Shown: positions 1 to 9,169, counted from the first letter of the stretch. The stretch: 64,000 nt of DNA from an uncultured bacterium (GCA_903894955.1 CAITSA010000028.1:8495-72494), one strand, 5' to 3'. The notes: a model not told the origin generated them from the letters alone. Numbers and translations: made by a program.

Positions 1-87
1 AAAATGGTCATTTTAAGATCACTAAATTCCCAGAAATTGTTAAAATGATAAAGAAGGATACAAAAGAATTAAATTAATTTAATTATT

Positions 88-624
88 ATGAAAATTGGAA
101 TAGGGTCAAAAAATAAAACGAAGGTAAATGCAGTTGTTGAATTATTGAAAGATTATCCGATGTTCAACGGTGCAGAAATTGAAGGAGTCGATGTAGCAAT
201 CGATGAATTTGGACATCCAAAAAGCTTAAAAGAAACCGTTGAAGGTGCTATAGGTCGCGCCAAGGAAGCTTTTAAAGGTCATGATTATGGCTTTGGAATT
301 GAAGGTGGATTAATGGAAGTTCCCTATTCAAAATCAGGCTATATGGAGGTAGCTGTTTGTGCCATCTTCGATGGCAAAGAAGTGCACCTTGGGCTTTCAG
401 AAGCCTGTGAATGGCCAAAAGAGGTCATAGACGGAATATTAAACAAAGGACTCGATGGTAGCCAAGCCATGAAAAAAGCTGGAATTACGGACCAAGACAA
501 AATCGGTGAACATAAGGGTTTTATCCACATAGTGACCAAAGGACGACTGGACAGAACTGGATACCATAAATCGGCCATCAGAATGGCCCTCATCCACTTA
601 GAAAATCCTGAACATTATAATTAA
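88..624 (+). CDS. inosine/xanthosine triphosphatase-like (non-canonical purine NTP phosphatase, YjjX/DUF84 family)
   Basis: 178 aa. N-terminal MKIGIGSKNKTK..VVELL and overall length/pattern resemble YjjX-type NTPases. Family-level assignment from memory. Confidence 0.55.
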   Translation: MKIGIGSKNKTKVNAVVELLKDYPMFNGAEIEGVDVAIDEFGHPKSLKETVEGAIGRAKEAFKGHDYGFGIEGGLMEVPYSKSGYMEVAVCAIFDGKEVHLGLSEACEWPKEVIDGILNKGLDGSQAMKKAGITDQDKIGEHKGFIHIVTKGRLDRTGYHKSAIRMALIHLENPEHYN

Positions 625-648
625 ATTCAAGACGCTAACACGATAACC

Positions 649-1086
649 TTATATAGCCTTTTCGGGTATTTCTTTGTTAGGGATATTTTTCTTAAAAATA
701 TGAGGAAAAGCCTTTATCATTTTATCCACTGATTCAGTATCTCCCATCATTCGCAGTGCTTCTACAAATAACTGTTTGTCACCCATCTGTCCGTGGTGAT
801 TTTGAGATCCTTCGGGCTTATCGTCCTCCCGCAACGTCACATATAATTTAACTCTTGGATCAAGAATATCTTCTTTTTCTATATTATGTAACTCAATGTT
901 TGCAATTCTTGCAATGTCCTTTGCATGTCCTTTAAATGTTTTATTAAATGTGGTTGCACTCTGGGCTCTTTCAAGGGCACTTTTACAATCTTGCTCATTA
1001 ATAATGCCACCTAGCCTTAGATATTGCTGGTAAGATTCTTCTTCTTTATTATGAGGCATTTCACAAGTATTAAAATTCATATTCAT
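649..1086 (-). CDS. hypothetical protein
   Basis: 145 aa ORF at the distal end of the minus-strand operon after pyrG. No recognisable motif. Confidence 0.4.
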   Translation of the reverse strand: MNMNFNTCEMPHNKEEESYQQYLRLGGIINEQDCKSALERAQSATTFNKTFKGHAKDIARIANIELHNIEKEDILDPRVKLYVTLREDDKPEGSQNHHGQMGDKQLFVEALRMMGDTESVDKMIKAFPHIFKKNIPNKEIPEKAI

Positions 1087-1115
1087 TTTCCTCGGACATA
1101 GCTCTCAGCCGTAGC

Positions 1116-2759
1116 TTACGAGCGAAGTTTTTTATTTATACAAGCCTTGGTGAAGGTAGTAAAAAGAGGATGTGGAACAAGAGGACGAGATTTAAATTCC
1201 GGATGAAATTGAGTTCCTAAATAAAATGGATGAACAGCTTTAGGTAATTCCGCTATCTCCATCAAAACTCCATTGGGAGACGTACCTGAGAAAACCAACC
1301 CAGCTTTTTCTAATACTGCAATATATTTCGTATTAACTTCATATCGATGACGATGACGTTCAGAAATTTTAGCTTTACTATATGCGCCCTTGGCAATACT
1401 TCCCTCTTTTAAATTGGCTGGATAAGCACCTAAACGCATACTGCCTCCATAATTTTTATTCTTTATTTTTTCAACTTGATCAGCCATCGTAGCGATAACT
1501 GGATCAGGAGTATTTAAATCAAATTCGGTAGAATTAGCCTGCTTTAAATTCAAAACATTCCTCGCATAAGCCAAAGTCATAATCTGCATACCTAAACAAA
1601 GTCCAAAATAAGGAATTTTATTACGTCGAGCGTAATCAGCCGCCAAGATCATGCCTTCTGTCCCACGCTTACCAAAACCTCCTGGTACTATAATACCATC
1701 CAATTCATCTAGCTCGCTTAATTTAGATTGATCCTTTTCATATTTTTCTGTATCAATCCATAAAATCTGGGGCTTATAATTTAGATTCCAAGATGCATGG
1801 TTGATCGATTCAATAACAGAAATGTAAGTATCTTTGCATGATTTTAAATTAAAATATTTTCCTACAATACCAATCCGAACTTCTTTTTTAATTTTTTTAA
1901 TTTTAGATGCCAGAGCAGTCCAATCTGATAAATCTTTATGGCGGGATGGCAAATTCATAGCCTTGAGTAAAACAGTGCCAAAATTTTCTTTTTCAAAATT
2001 AACCGGCACATCATAAATAGAATAAACATCTGGAGCTGAGATTATCCTCTCGATCGGCAAGCTACATACATTGCTAATAGTTCTTTTAATATCTGACGTA
2101 GCAGACTCTTCTGCTCGACAAATAACAAAATCTGGATTTAAACCTACTGAGTAAAGATCCGTAATAGCATGTTGAGTAGGTTTTGATTTTTGTTCACCCA
2201 AGAGAGTCGGTGTCAGTAAATAACTTATTAAAACAATAAAAACATCTTTAGGACTTTTTGATTTCATCATTCTCGCCGCCTCGAGAAAAGGAAGAAGTTG
2301 ATATTCCCCTACCGTCCCACCATATTCTATGATTGTAATTTCTGATTCATTCTTTTTCTGGCAAGCTTCAATGCGCCTGACTATTTCCTTTGGAATATCT
2401 GGATAAACTTCTACGTCTTCACCCCCGTATTCTAAATTTCTTTCTCTTTTGATAACTTCAGCATATACCTGCCCAGTAGTAATATAATTGTCACGTAAGC
2501 TAATTTGGTTTGTAAAACGTTCATAATTGCCAAGATCTTGATCGGCCTCTACTCCATCTTCTCCAACAAAAACTTCCCCATGTTCAGCGGGACGAATAGT
2601 GCCTGCATCGATGTTCACATACATATCGGCTTTCATATTGGCCACCTTGTAACCACGAGACTGTAATATTTTTCCAGTGGAAGAAGCAATAATTCCCTTA
2701 CCCACAGAAGACATAACACCCCCCACTACGAAAATATATTTTGTTTCTTTTTTTTGCAT
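1116..2759 (-). CDS. pyrG: CTP synthase
   Basis: 547 aa. N-terminal KYIFVVGGVMSSVGKGI synthetase domain plus C-terminal glutamine amidotransferase motif GLCLGMQ. Confidence 0.95.
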   Translation of the reverse strand: MQKKETKYIFVVGGVMSSVGKGIIASSTGKILQSRGYKVANMKADMYVNIDAGTIRPAEHGEVFVGEDGVEADQDLGNYERFTNQISLRDNYITTGQVYAEVIKRERNLEYGGEDVEVYPDIPKEIVRRIEACQKKNESEITIIEYGGTVGEYQLLPFLEAARMMKSKSPKDVFIVLISYLLTPTLLGEQKSKPTQHAITDLYSVGLNPDFVICRAEESATSDIKRTISNVCSLPIERIISAPDVYSIYDVPVNFEKENFGTVLLKAMNLPSRHKDLSDWTALASKIKKIKKEVRIGIVGKYFNLKSCKDTYISVIESINHASWNLNYKPQILWIDTEKYEKDQSKLSELDELDGIIVPGGFGKRGTEGMILAADYARRNKIPYFGLCLGMQIMTLAYARNVLNLKQANSTEFDLNTPDPVIATMADQVEKIKNKNYGGSMRLGAYPANLKEGSIAKGAYSKAKISERHRHRYEVNTKYIAVLEKAGLVFSGTSPNGVLMEIAELPKAVHPFYLGTQFHPEFKSRPLVPHPLFTTFTKACINKKLRS

Positions 2760-2766
2760 TACTTAT

Positions 2767-3690
2767 TTATTTATTTAAATATTTCCTAACCGCTAAAAAG
2801 CTAGAGATAATACCTAAACCTACGCCTGATAATAAAAGAATGGTGAAAATTTGAAAGAAATTTGAAATATAATAATCATACATATTGATTCCTAGAAAAT
2901 CAGTCATCTTGGCTCCAAACCAAGCCATTGCGGGCCAAAAAAGAATAACAGTAATAAAGGTCGCTACCATACCATAAATTGCACCTTCAATCATGAAAGG
3001 TCCTCGCACATGCATTTTCGAAGCACCCACGAGACGCATTACGCCAATTTCTTCTTTAGAAATAAAAATAGTTAACCGAATGGTGTTTAAAGTAATAATA
3101 ATAGAAAGAATAACAAAAAGTAGTGTTACTAGAAAACCAAGTTTTTGGGCACCGGAAATAATTGCATTTAATTTGTCGATCACGGATTTGTTTTGATAAT
3201 AATTTACTTTATCTATAATCGAAGCAGATCCGATCACTAAGGCATCGTCTGATTTCAAAAAATTCGCAATACTTTCATATTGAGAAACTTCTTTAGCTTT
3301 AACATTAAGATATGCGCCAAGAGGGTTGGTGCCTATTTCGTCCAGAGCTTGAATCGTCGGATAGTCACTAGAGTGACGGTCACGGAAATTTTTCAAGGCT
3401 TCGTCTGCACTAGTATAAGATACAGTGGCTACTTCTGGTAATCTTTCTAAGGAAGATTTTAAGGTCAAAATTTTATCCTCTGGTGCACTGGTAGTAAAAT
3501 AAATAGCCACGTCCACCTTGTCTTTTATTTGATTGAGAGAAAAATGCAAAACTGCTTGTAAAAGAATAATAATAGTAATGACACAGAGAGTGACTGTAAC
3601 CACCAGAACAGCTGCCCAAGAAACCAGTCCACTTCTTTTAAAGTTTAAAAATCCATTTTTTATAATTCTTTTGAATGCGATTAATGCCAT
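2767..3690 (-). CDS. ftsX: cell division permease FtsX
   Basis: 307 aa with 4 TM segments and FtsX-like C-terminal permease domain. Lies immediately downstream of ftsE. Confidence 0.85.
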   Translation of the reverse strand: MALIAFKRIIKNGFLNFKRSGLVSWAAVLVVTVTLCVITIIILLQAVLHFSLNQIKDKVDVAIYFTTSAPEDKILTLKSSLERLPEVATVSYTSADEALKNFRDRHSSDYPTIQALDEIGTNPLGAYLNVKAKEVSQYESIANFLKSDDALVIGSASIIDKVNYYQNKSVIDKLNAIISGAQKLGFLVTLLFVILSIIITLNTIRLTIFISKEEIGVMRLVGASKMHVRGPFMIEGAIYGMVATFITVILFWPAMAWFGAKMTDFLGINMYDYYISNFFQIFTILLLSGVGLGIISSFLAVRKYLNK

Positions 3691-3692
3691 AA

Positions 3693-3753
3693 GTTAGGTT
3701 CTAGTTTTTAGCTTCTAGGTTCTAGTAACTAATCACTAGTCACTAGCACCTAA
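3693..3753. repeat. CTAG-rich intergenic repeat, copy 1 (ttaggttctag...cactagtcactagcacctaa)
   Basis: Fills the ftsE-ftsX intergenic gap. Same motif family as 30095-30168 and 42278-42330. Confidence 0.6.
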
Positions 3754-3766
3754 TTATAATAGCATA

Positions 3767-4435
3767 TTATTTTCCATGTTTGGAATCTCTTATAATTTTC
3801 CCTTTTTCCATCGTAATCACTCTTTTCCCAATAGATTCAATAACTCCACGATTGTGCGTGGTCAAAATGACAGTCGTACCAAGATCATTTATTTTTTTCA
3901 AAATCTGAACTATCTCATGGGTGTTTACAGGATCCAGATTCCCCGTCGGTTCATCGGCTATGATGAGCTCTGGTTGATTGATGATGGCTCGCGCTATGGC
4001 CAGACGTTGCTGTTCACCCCCAGACATTTGATCGGGAAAATGATAAATTCTATTACTCAAATCAACTAGTTCCAAAACATGTGGAACGTCACTCCTTATC
4101 TCTTCTTCCGTTTTGCCAACAGCTTCCATGGCAAAAGCAATATTCTCATAAGCAGTTTTATTAGCCAGCAATCTATAATCTTGAAAGACAACGCCGATAC
4201 GACGACGCAGTTTAGTTAAATCTTTATTTTTTATTTCATTTACATTGACAGATTCAAAAAAAATCGTGCCGAGCGATGGCATTTCTTCTGCTAGAATCAT
4301 TTTTGTTAAAGTTGTTTTCCCAGCACCGGAATGTCCAACTACAGAGACGAATTCGCCAGTTTCAACCGCAAAAGTAACATCATCTAAGGCCGTGGCGTCC
4401 TTATAAATTTTTGAAACATTATTGAAGTAAATCAC
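3767..4435 (-). CDS. ftsE: cell division ATP-binding protein FtsE
   Basis: 222 aa ABC ATPase: Walker A GHSGAGKTT, signature LSGGEQQR, Walker B IIADEPTGNLD. Confidence 0.9.
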   Translation of the reverse strand: MIYFNNVSKIYKDATALDDVTFAVETGEFVSVVGHSGAGKTTLTKMILAEEMPSLGTIFFESVNVNEIKNKDLTKLRRRIGVVFQDYRLLANKTAYENIAFAMEAVGKTEEEIRSDVPHVLELVDLSNRIYHFPDQMSGGEQQRLAIARAIINQPELIIADEPTGNLDPVNTHEIVQILKKINDLGTTVILTTHNRGVIESIGKRVITMEKGKIIRDSKHGK

Positions 4436-4447
4436 TCCTCTATCTTA

Positions 4448-5356
4448 TCATAAATTCTTCTCAGCTTCAATGAAAATATCTAGCCCACCATTCAAAACTG
4501 CATCAATATTGGAAGTTTCCATGCCCGTCCGGTGATCTTTGACCATTTTATAAGGGTGCAGGACATAAGAACGGATCTGATTCCCCCATTCTATTTCAGT
4601 ATTTTTAGTTAATTTCAGACTTTCTTCCATACTTTCCTTGTCTGCTTCTGCTTTTTTGAAAATTTTTGCTAAAAGAATAGCCATGGCTCTCTCTCGATTT
4701 TGTTCTTGGGAACGTTCATTGGAGGCATGCACAGCTATCCCGGTAGGAATATGCACCAAACGAACTGCCGTTTCCCTTTTGTTTACATTCTGCCCCCCAG
4801 GACCGCCAGAGCGAGAATATTCTATTTTTAAATCAGCGGCCGGTATTACAAAATTCTTTTCTTCAAGTTTAGAAAATTTAGGCAAAACTTCCACCATGGA
4901 AAAAGAAGTGTGCCGTAATTTCTTTGCATCAAAAGGTGAAATTCTCACAAGACGATGGACCCCACTTTCATTCTTTAGTATTCCATAAGGTCCCTGCCTG
5001 CTTGCCAAAGCCTTGCTTTGGCAGATTTCAAAAGAAACATTCCTATATCCATTATGTTCATTTTTATTTTCATGAATAAAAAAAACTTTCCAACCTTTTT
5101 TGTTTATGTATTTTATATACATCGATAAAAGCATCGCTGAAAAATCTTCCGCATCATCCCCTCCTGCTCCAGAAATTATTGTGATGACAGCGTTGCCTTT
5201 GTCATACTTACCTATACCTTCTTTTTTTTCTTTCAATTCTGCTAATTCTTTCAATGTCGCCTGAGCTTTATTTTTATCACTCCAAAAGTCCGGAGTGCTC
5301 ATTTGCTCTTCTAAATTTTTTATTTGCTCATTAATATCATTTGTATCTTTGTCCAT
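4448..5356 (-). CDS. prfB: peptide chain release factor 2 (short N-terminus)
   Basis: GGQ motif ([11 protein letters not shown]) and RF2-specific SPF motif (VRISPF). No in-frame UGA/frameshift site at the 5' end. Carries an in-frame GC-rich palindromic insert at 4992-5024. Confidence 0.85.
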   Translation of the reverse strand: MDKDTNDINEQIKNLEEQMSTPDFWSDKNKAQATLKELAELKEKKEGIGKYDKGNAVITIISGAGGDDAEDFSAMLLSMYIKYINKKGWKVFFIHENKNEHNGYRNVSFEICQSKALASRQGPYGILKNESGVHRLVRISPFDAKKLRHTSFSMVEVLPKFSKLEEKNFVIPAADLKIEYSRSGGPGGQNVNKRETAVRLVHIPTGIAVHASNERSQEQNRERAMAILLAKIFKKAEADKESMEESLKLTKNTEIEWGNQIRSYVLHPYKMVKDHRTGMETSNIDAVLNGGLDIFIEAEKNL

Positions 5357-5367
5357 AATTTTTTACT

Positions 5368-5440
5368 GGAGCCGAGAATGGGAATCGAACCCATGTTCCT
5401 ACTTTACGAAAGTAGTGTTCTGCCACTGAACTATATCGGC
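5368..5440 (-). tRNA. tRNA-Thr (anticodon CGT)
   Basis: Cloverleaf read by eye on the minus strand: acceptor GCCGATA/TCTCGGC, anticodon loop TTCGTAA, T-loop TTCGATT, CCA encoded. Confidence 0.7.
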
Positions 5441-5442
5441 TT

Positions 5443-5500
5443 ATTTTTGGTGCTCTACTTCACCCCGCCTTGGCGGGGTAAGCTGAGCTACAACGGCAAT
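5443..5500 (-). pseudogene. tRNA 5'-half remnant (acceptor plus D-arm of a Thr-like tRNA) with a GC hairpin (ccccgccttggcgggg) inserted in the D-loop region
   Basis: Minus-strand reading GCCGTTGTAGCTCAGC..hairpin..GTAGAGCACC duplicates the first ~25 nt of the adjacent tRNA-Thr(GGT). No anticodon or T arm. Confidence 0.4.
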
Positions 5501-5515
5501 TAAGGTATCCACAAG

Positions 5516-5587
5516 AGCCGTTGGTGGGGATCGGACCCACGGTCTCGATATTACCAATATCGTGCTTTACCACTAAGCTACAACGGC
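5516..5587 (-). tRNA. tRNA-Thr (anticodon GGT)
   Basis: Acceptor GCCGTTG/CAACGGC, D-arm AGCTTAGTGGTAAAGC, anticodon loop TTGGTAA, T-loop region GGGTCCGATCCCC. CCA not encoded. Confidence 0.75.
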
Positions 5588-5712
5588 ATACCTAAATATA
5601 CTAGTGTATTTTGACTTATTTTGCAAAATAACTAGTACTGAAACAAAATAGACACAACAATCGTATCATAGTTATATAAGGTCGAATTAATAATATTAAT
5701 TTTAAAAAAATC

Positions 5713-6195
5713 ATGACACATAAAATGAAATTCGTTGTCCCTGCTGTAGCCTTGAGCTTATTGCTATCCACTGGAATTGCATTGGCTGATACTACTACTG
5801 GAACAGACACAACCACAGGAGCTACCACCACAGCTACAATAGCTACCAGAAAGGCATGTATCGCAACTGCTAAAACTGCACGTGTGGCTGCTGTTAAAAC
5901 AGCATCTGATACGGCAAAGTCAGCTAAGGCTGATGCAAAAACGACAAAAAGCACTGCTCTCGCTACTGCAAAAACGACTAGAGACGCTGCTCTAGTTGCT
6001 GCAAAAGCCAATACAGACAAAAAAGCAAAAGCTGCTGCTATAAAAGTTGCTAATGTTGCTTATAAAACTGCAATTAAGGCTGCTAATGTTGCTTATAAGG
6101 CATCCATCAAGAGTATTGCAACAACGCAAGCTGCTGCAGTTAAGTCTGCTTGGGCTGATTACGCAACAGCTGTGAAAGCTTGCCCTGCTAAATAA
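5713..6195 (+). CDS. small secreted Ala/Thr/Lys-rich low-complexity protein
   Basis: 160 aa with a signal-peptide-like N-terminus (MKFVVPAVALSLLLSTGIALA), internal VANVAYK repeats and a strong terminator directly downstream. Confidence 0.55.
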   Translation: MTHKMKFVVPAVALSLLLSTGIALADTTTGTDTTTGATTTATIATRKACIATAKTARVAAVKTASDTAKSAKADAKTTKSTALATAKTTRDAALVAAKANTDKKAKAAAIKVANVAYKTAIKAANVAYKASIKSIATTQAAAVKSAWADYATAVKACPAK

Positions 6196-6218
6196 ATAAT
6201 AAAAAATATTTAGTATAA

Positions 6219-6247
6219 AAAACACCCCTTAATGGGGTGTTTTTTAT
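6219..6247. terminator. bidirectional rho-independent terminator between convergent genes
   Basis: Hairpin acacccc-ttaat-ggggtgt flanked by an A-run and a T-run. Confidence 0.7.
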
Positions 6248-6267
6248 ATACTTAAAAATAAATTTTT

Positions 6268-6639
6268 TTAAATTCCCATAAGACGATATGAATTTATCTT
6301 TTTTCCAGTATAAATAACTCCCGCTAAACTTAAAAATGCAGACAAAACAAGCATCGGGGAAATGATTTCAAAAAAGCTTCCCCAAATCGTACTAAAAAAA
6401 GAAAAATCAAAATTAAATACTTCAAAAAAGTCTTGAACCATATCGGTAAATTCTGCATCAATTAATTTAGCATTGATGTGCCAAGCAACTACTATAAAAT
6501 TAAAGGCAAGTAAGAAAAAAACAATCACAAGAACTGGCTGTAATTTTTTATAATTAATCCTTTGCATCACAAACTGATGCATTCCTATTGGAACTTCCAC
6601 TAAGGAAATATTATTTAATTGTTCATCAATATTTTCCAT
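6268..6639 (-). CDS. putative membrane anti-sigma factor
   Basis: 123 aa, 2 TM. Immediately downstream of the ECF sigma factor gene. Assignment by synteny only. Confidence 0.4.
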   Translation of the reverse strand: MENIDEQLNNISLVEVPIGMHQFVMQRINYKKLQPVLVIVFFLLAFNFIVVAWHINAKLIDAEFTDMVQDFFEVFNFDFSFFSTIWGSFFEIISPMLVLSAFLSLAGVIYTGKKINSYRLMGI

Positions 6640-6644
6640 AATTT

Positions 6645-7196
6645 TTAAACTAAATAATTTTTTAATTTATCTTTCAATTGCTCTTTCCCCCTACTAATAT
6701 GTGTTTTAACTGTGTTAATAGGCATATCTAATATCTCTGCTATTTCCTGATATTGAAAGCCTTGTTGGTAATATAATAAAAGAACTTTTTTATATTCTTG
6801 ATTGATTTGTTCTAAGGCTTTATCTACATCAGAAACAAGACCCTCCTGAGGGTAATACGCCTTAAAAGAAAGGATTGTTTCATTGTCCGGATCGAGACTG
6901 ATTTCATTTTTTCTCTTTTTGCTTCGAAGAAAATCATACGCGGCATTCGTAGCAATAGTGAATATCCAAGTTTTAATATTTTTTTCTGGGTCAATAAGTT
7001 TACGATTTTTATAAACTTTTATAAAAGTTTCTTGAGTGACATCTTTTGCATTGGGTGAATTTTTTAATATCCGCAAGCAATAGTTATAAATCGCTTTTTC
7101 ATAAAAAGACAATATGTACTCAAAGGCCTCTAAATCACCTGATTTAGCACGAATTAAAATATTCTTGTCTATATTTTGTGTCTTTTCCATATACAA
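6645..7196 (-). CDS. RNA polymerase ECF-type sigma-70 factor
   Basis: 183 aa with sigma region 2 (TQETFIKVYKN...) and region 4 HTH (EIAEILDMPINTVKTHISRG). Confidence 0.85.
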   Translation of the reverse strand: MYMEKTQNIDKNILIRAKSGDLEAFEYILSFYEKAIYNYCLRILKNSPNAKDVTQETFIKVYKNRKLIDPEKNIKTWIFTIATNAAYDFLRSKKRKNEISLDPDNETILSFKAYYPQEGLVSDVDKALEQINQEYKKVLLLYYQQGFQYQEIAEILDMPINTVKTHISRGKEQLKDKLKNYLV

Positions 7197-7230
7197 TAAA
7201 TCCGCAAAACAACCTATAAATTTAATCGTG

Positions 7231-8175
7231 TTATTGGTTAGCTATTTTCTGTTTGAGCTTTTTGTTAAGCGCGACAAATTGTTTTATGCTTAGTCTCTTT
7301 TTACTCCAACCCTCAATTTCAATTTTATCTTTGTTGTCCCTAGGAAGAAGATGAAAATGCGCGTGAAAAACATATTGCATGGCCGCCCTACCATTATTAA
7401 GGAGTACATTATATCCTCCGTGATCACTCTCAAGGACTGCACCGATTTTCTGCACTACCATTAAAAGTTCTTTTAGGATTTTTGGCGGAATCTCGTGAAA
7501 ATAAATATATCTCTTTTTAGGTATTACTAAAATATGTCCATCTTCCTTCGAAGGAATACTAATAGACATGAAAGCCAGAGTATTAGGAGTTTCATAAAGT
7601 CTTATTACAGGAAACCCATTTCTGTGCTCTCTTTTCTTTAATCCTTTAGCAAAATCTTCAAAAAGATATACTCGCTCATTAATATTTTTAAAAAGTTTTG
7701 GAATACTATCATGAATATATTGTATAGTTCTATCAATTTTTCTCTCAACTCCTATTCGATTAGTGTCACAATCTTTCACTTCATCTTGTATATCCCAAAT
7801 AGAACTTTTCTCATCTTTAACTAGTTCGTTGAATAAAATTGCGTGCTGATAATTAAAATTGTTTTTTAAAACATCAACTTGATCTTGGGCCATAGCGATT
7901 ACAAGGTCAAATTTCTTTAATAGCAACTTATTTAATTTATGATGCGCACGATGAAGTTTTTTAACACCAAGAGCATTAAGATCAGCAATAACCTCAGGGT
8001 CAACTTTGTTATTATTTTTTTTCAATCCTGCTGAAAAAACATTCCAACCTTTTATATTGTGTTTATCAAGGTAATGTTTGAGAAGAAATTCGGCAGAAAA
8101 ACTTCTAAAAGTATTCCCGTTGCAAACGAAAAGCACTTTACGAATACTGAGTTTTGTTAATTTTTTTATTTTCAT
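7231..8175 (-). CDS. fusion protein: N-terminal low-molecular-weight protein-tyrosine phosphatase/ArsC-like domain plus C-terminal HIT-family hydrolase
   Basis: CX5R P-loop (VLFVCNGNTFRS) at the N-terminus. Histidine triad HAHFHLLPR near the C-terminus. Confidence 0.65.
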   Translation of the reverse strand: MKIKKLTKLSIRKVLFVCNGNTFRSFSAEFLLKHYLDKHNIKGWNVFSAGLKKNNNKVDPEVIADLNALGVKKLHRAHHKLNKLLLKKFDLVIAMAQDQVDVLKNNFNYQHAILFNELVKDEKSSIWDIQDEVKDCDTNRIGVERKIDRTIQYIHDSIPKLFKNINERVYLFEDFAKGLKKREHRNGFPVIRLYETPNTLAFMSISIPSKEDGHILVIPKKRYIYFHEIPPKILKELLMVVQKIGAVLESDHGGYNVLLNNGRAAMQYVFHAHFHLLPRDNKDKIEIEGWSKKRLSIKQFVALNKKLKQKIANQ

Positions 8176-8266
8176 ATTTGTATTATACCAGCTTTTACGT
8201 CAATTTAACCAGTAAAAAGACCTCTGTAAATTAAGGACAAAATGATGTACGATAAGGTAAGCAATA

Positions 8267-8905
8267 TTATTCAACCTTGTCTGTAATTAAAATATACACA
8301 GTTTTGTAAACTAAATACATAAAGATAGTGAAAATTAATACAAATAATGATGAAGTTCCTAGATGAGTAAATCTAGTCGAAACATAAAAAGAATCTTTTA
8401 TTAAATGAAGAGGGTTAACAAAGAGATCCCAGCTATTCCATCGTTCAAATCTTCCAAGGTACACTCCGAAGCTTGAAATAAAACAAATGGCTAAAATAAT
8501 AAGTTCAGAAAATAAATAACTTAGATGAGCTTTTAAATATTGATGAATACGAAAAAGAGAGAGCATACCCAGAAGCAAACCAATCCAACCAAAGAAAAAT
8601 AAAAGCAAACCGTCATACCATAACAATGATGGCAAACTGGAAACTAAATGCCACGCATCTGTTACTATATATGGGGCATTAGGAAAAAATAAAAACCAAA
8701 GAATAAAAATGGGGACAAAAAGATTTATGGACATATTTTTTTTAATAAAACATAAAGAGATTAGATAAGGTATCCAGGCTAAAAAGAGATTCCAGATCAA
8801 ATACAAGAGGTCAGTCGTACCCCACAGATCTAAGCGAGCAATATCAAAAACAATTACCACAACGGATACTACCATGAGTGCTTGGGTTATTTTACTCATT
8901 TTCAT
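8267..8905 (-). CDS. polytopic membrane protein (DUF1361-like; NAPY motif)
   Basis: 212 aa, about 6 TM, FPNAPYIVTDAWH motif. Confidence 0.45.
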   Translation of the reverse strand: MKMSKITQALMVVSVVVIVFDIARLDLWGTTDLLYLIWNLFLAWIPYLISLCFIKKNMSINLFVPIFILWFLFFPNAPYIVTDAWHLVSSLPSLLWYDGLLLFFFGWIGLLLGMLSLFRIHQYLKAHLSYLFSELIILAICFISSFGVYLGRFERWNSWDLFVNPLHLIKDSFYVSTRFTHLGTSSLFVLIFTIFMYLVYKTVYILITDKVE

Positions 8906-8972
8906 ACTTATATTGTACCAATTTTTTGAATTGATTGAAATAATATATTTCTAAGATATTATTTAGTTCTTG

Positions 8973-9046
8973 CGCGATCGACCGGACTTGAACCGGCAAC
9001 CTCTTCCGTGACAGGGAAGCGCTCTAACCAGTTGAGCTACGACCGC
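8973..9046 (-). tRNA. tRNA-Asp (anticodon GTC)
   Basis: Acceptor GCGGTCG/CGATCGC, anticodon loop CTGTCAC, T-loop TTCAAGT, discriminator G. Confidence 0.8.
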
Positions 9047-9095
9047 AATATTGCCATTATACATTAAATCGTATAATTTCAAAGAGTCTTTTTTG

Positions 9096-9169
9096 TGCCG
9101 ACGCCAAGAGTTGCACTTGGGACCTTCTCTTTATGAGTGAGATGCTCTAACTACCTGAGCTACGTCGGC
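9096..9169 (-). tRNA. tRNA-Met (anticodon CAT; elongator or Ile-lysidine type undetermined)
   Basis: Acceptor GCCGACG/CGTCGGC, anticodon loop CTCATAA. No initiator features. Confidence 0.65.

Noticed and set aside
339-593. Antisense and short internal ORFs listed in the six-frame track. Examples: 339-593, 1834-2016, 2993-3196, 3776-4069, 4638-4988, 13130-13522, 14134-14403, 15796-16137, 17243-17689, 23218-23769, 25448-25932, 44179-45012, 51194-51527, 62736-63163.
   Set aside because: Each lies wholly inside a longer, well-supported CDS on the opposite strand or in another frame, and has no motifs. Considered spurious.
5357-5370. Programmed +1 frameshift site for prfB
   Set aside because: No short upstream ORF and no CUU-UGA-C window. 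The ORF begins with ATG 11 nt after a tRNA gene.
5616-6020. Antisense 134-aa ORF opposite the Ala/Thr-rich secreted protein gene (also 5992-6225)
   Set aside because: Low-complexity mirror-frame ORF generated by the GCN-rich repeats of the sense gene.
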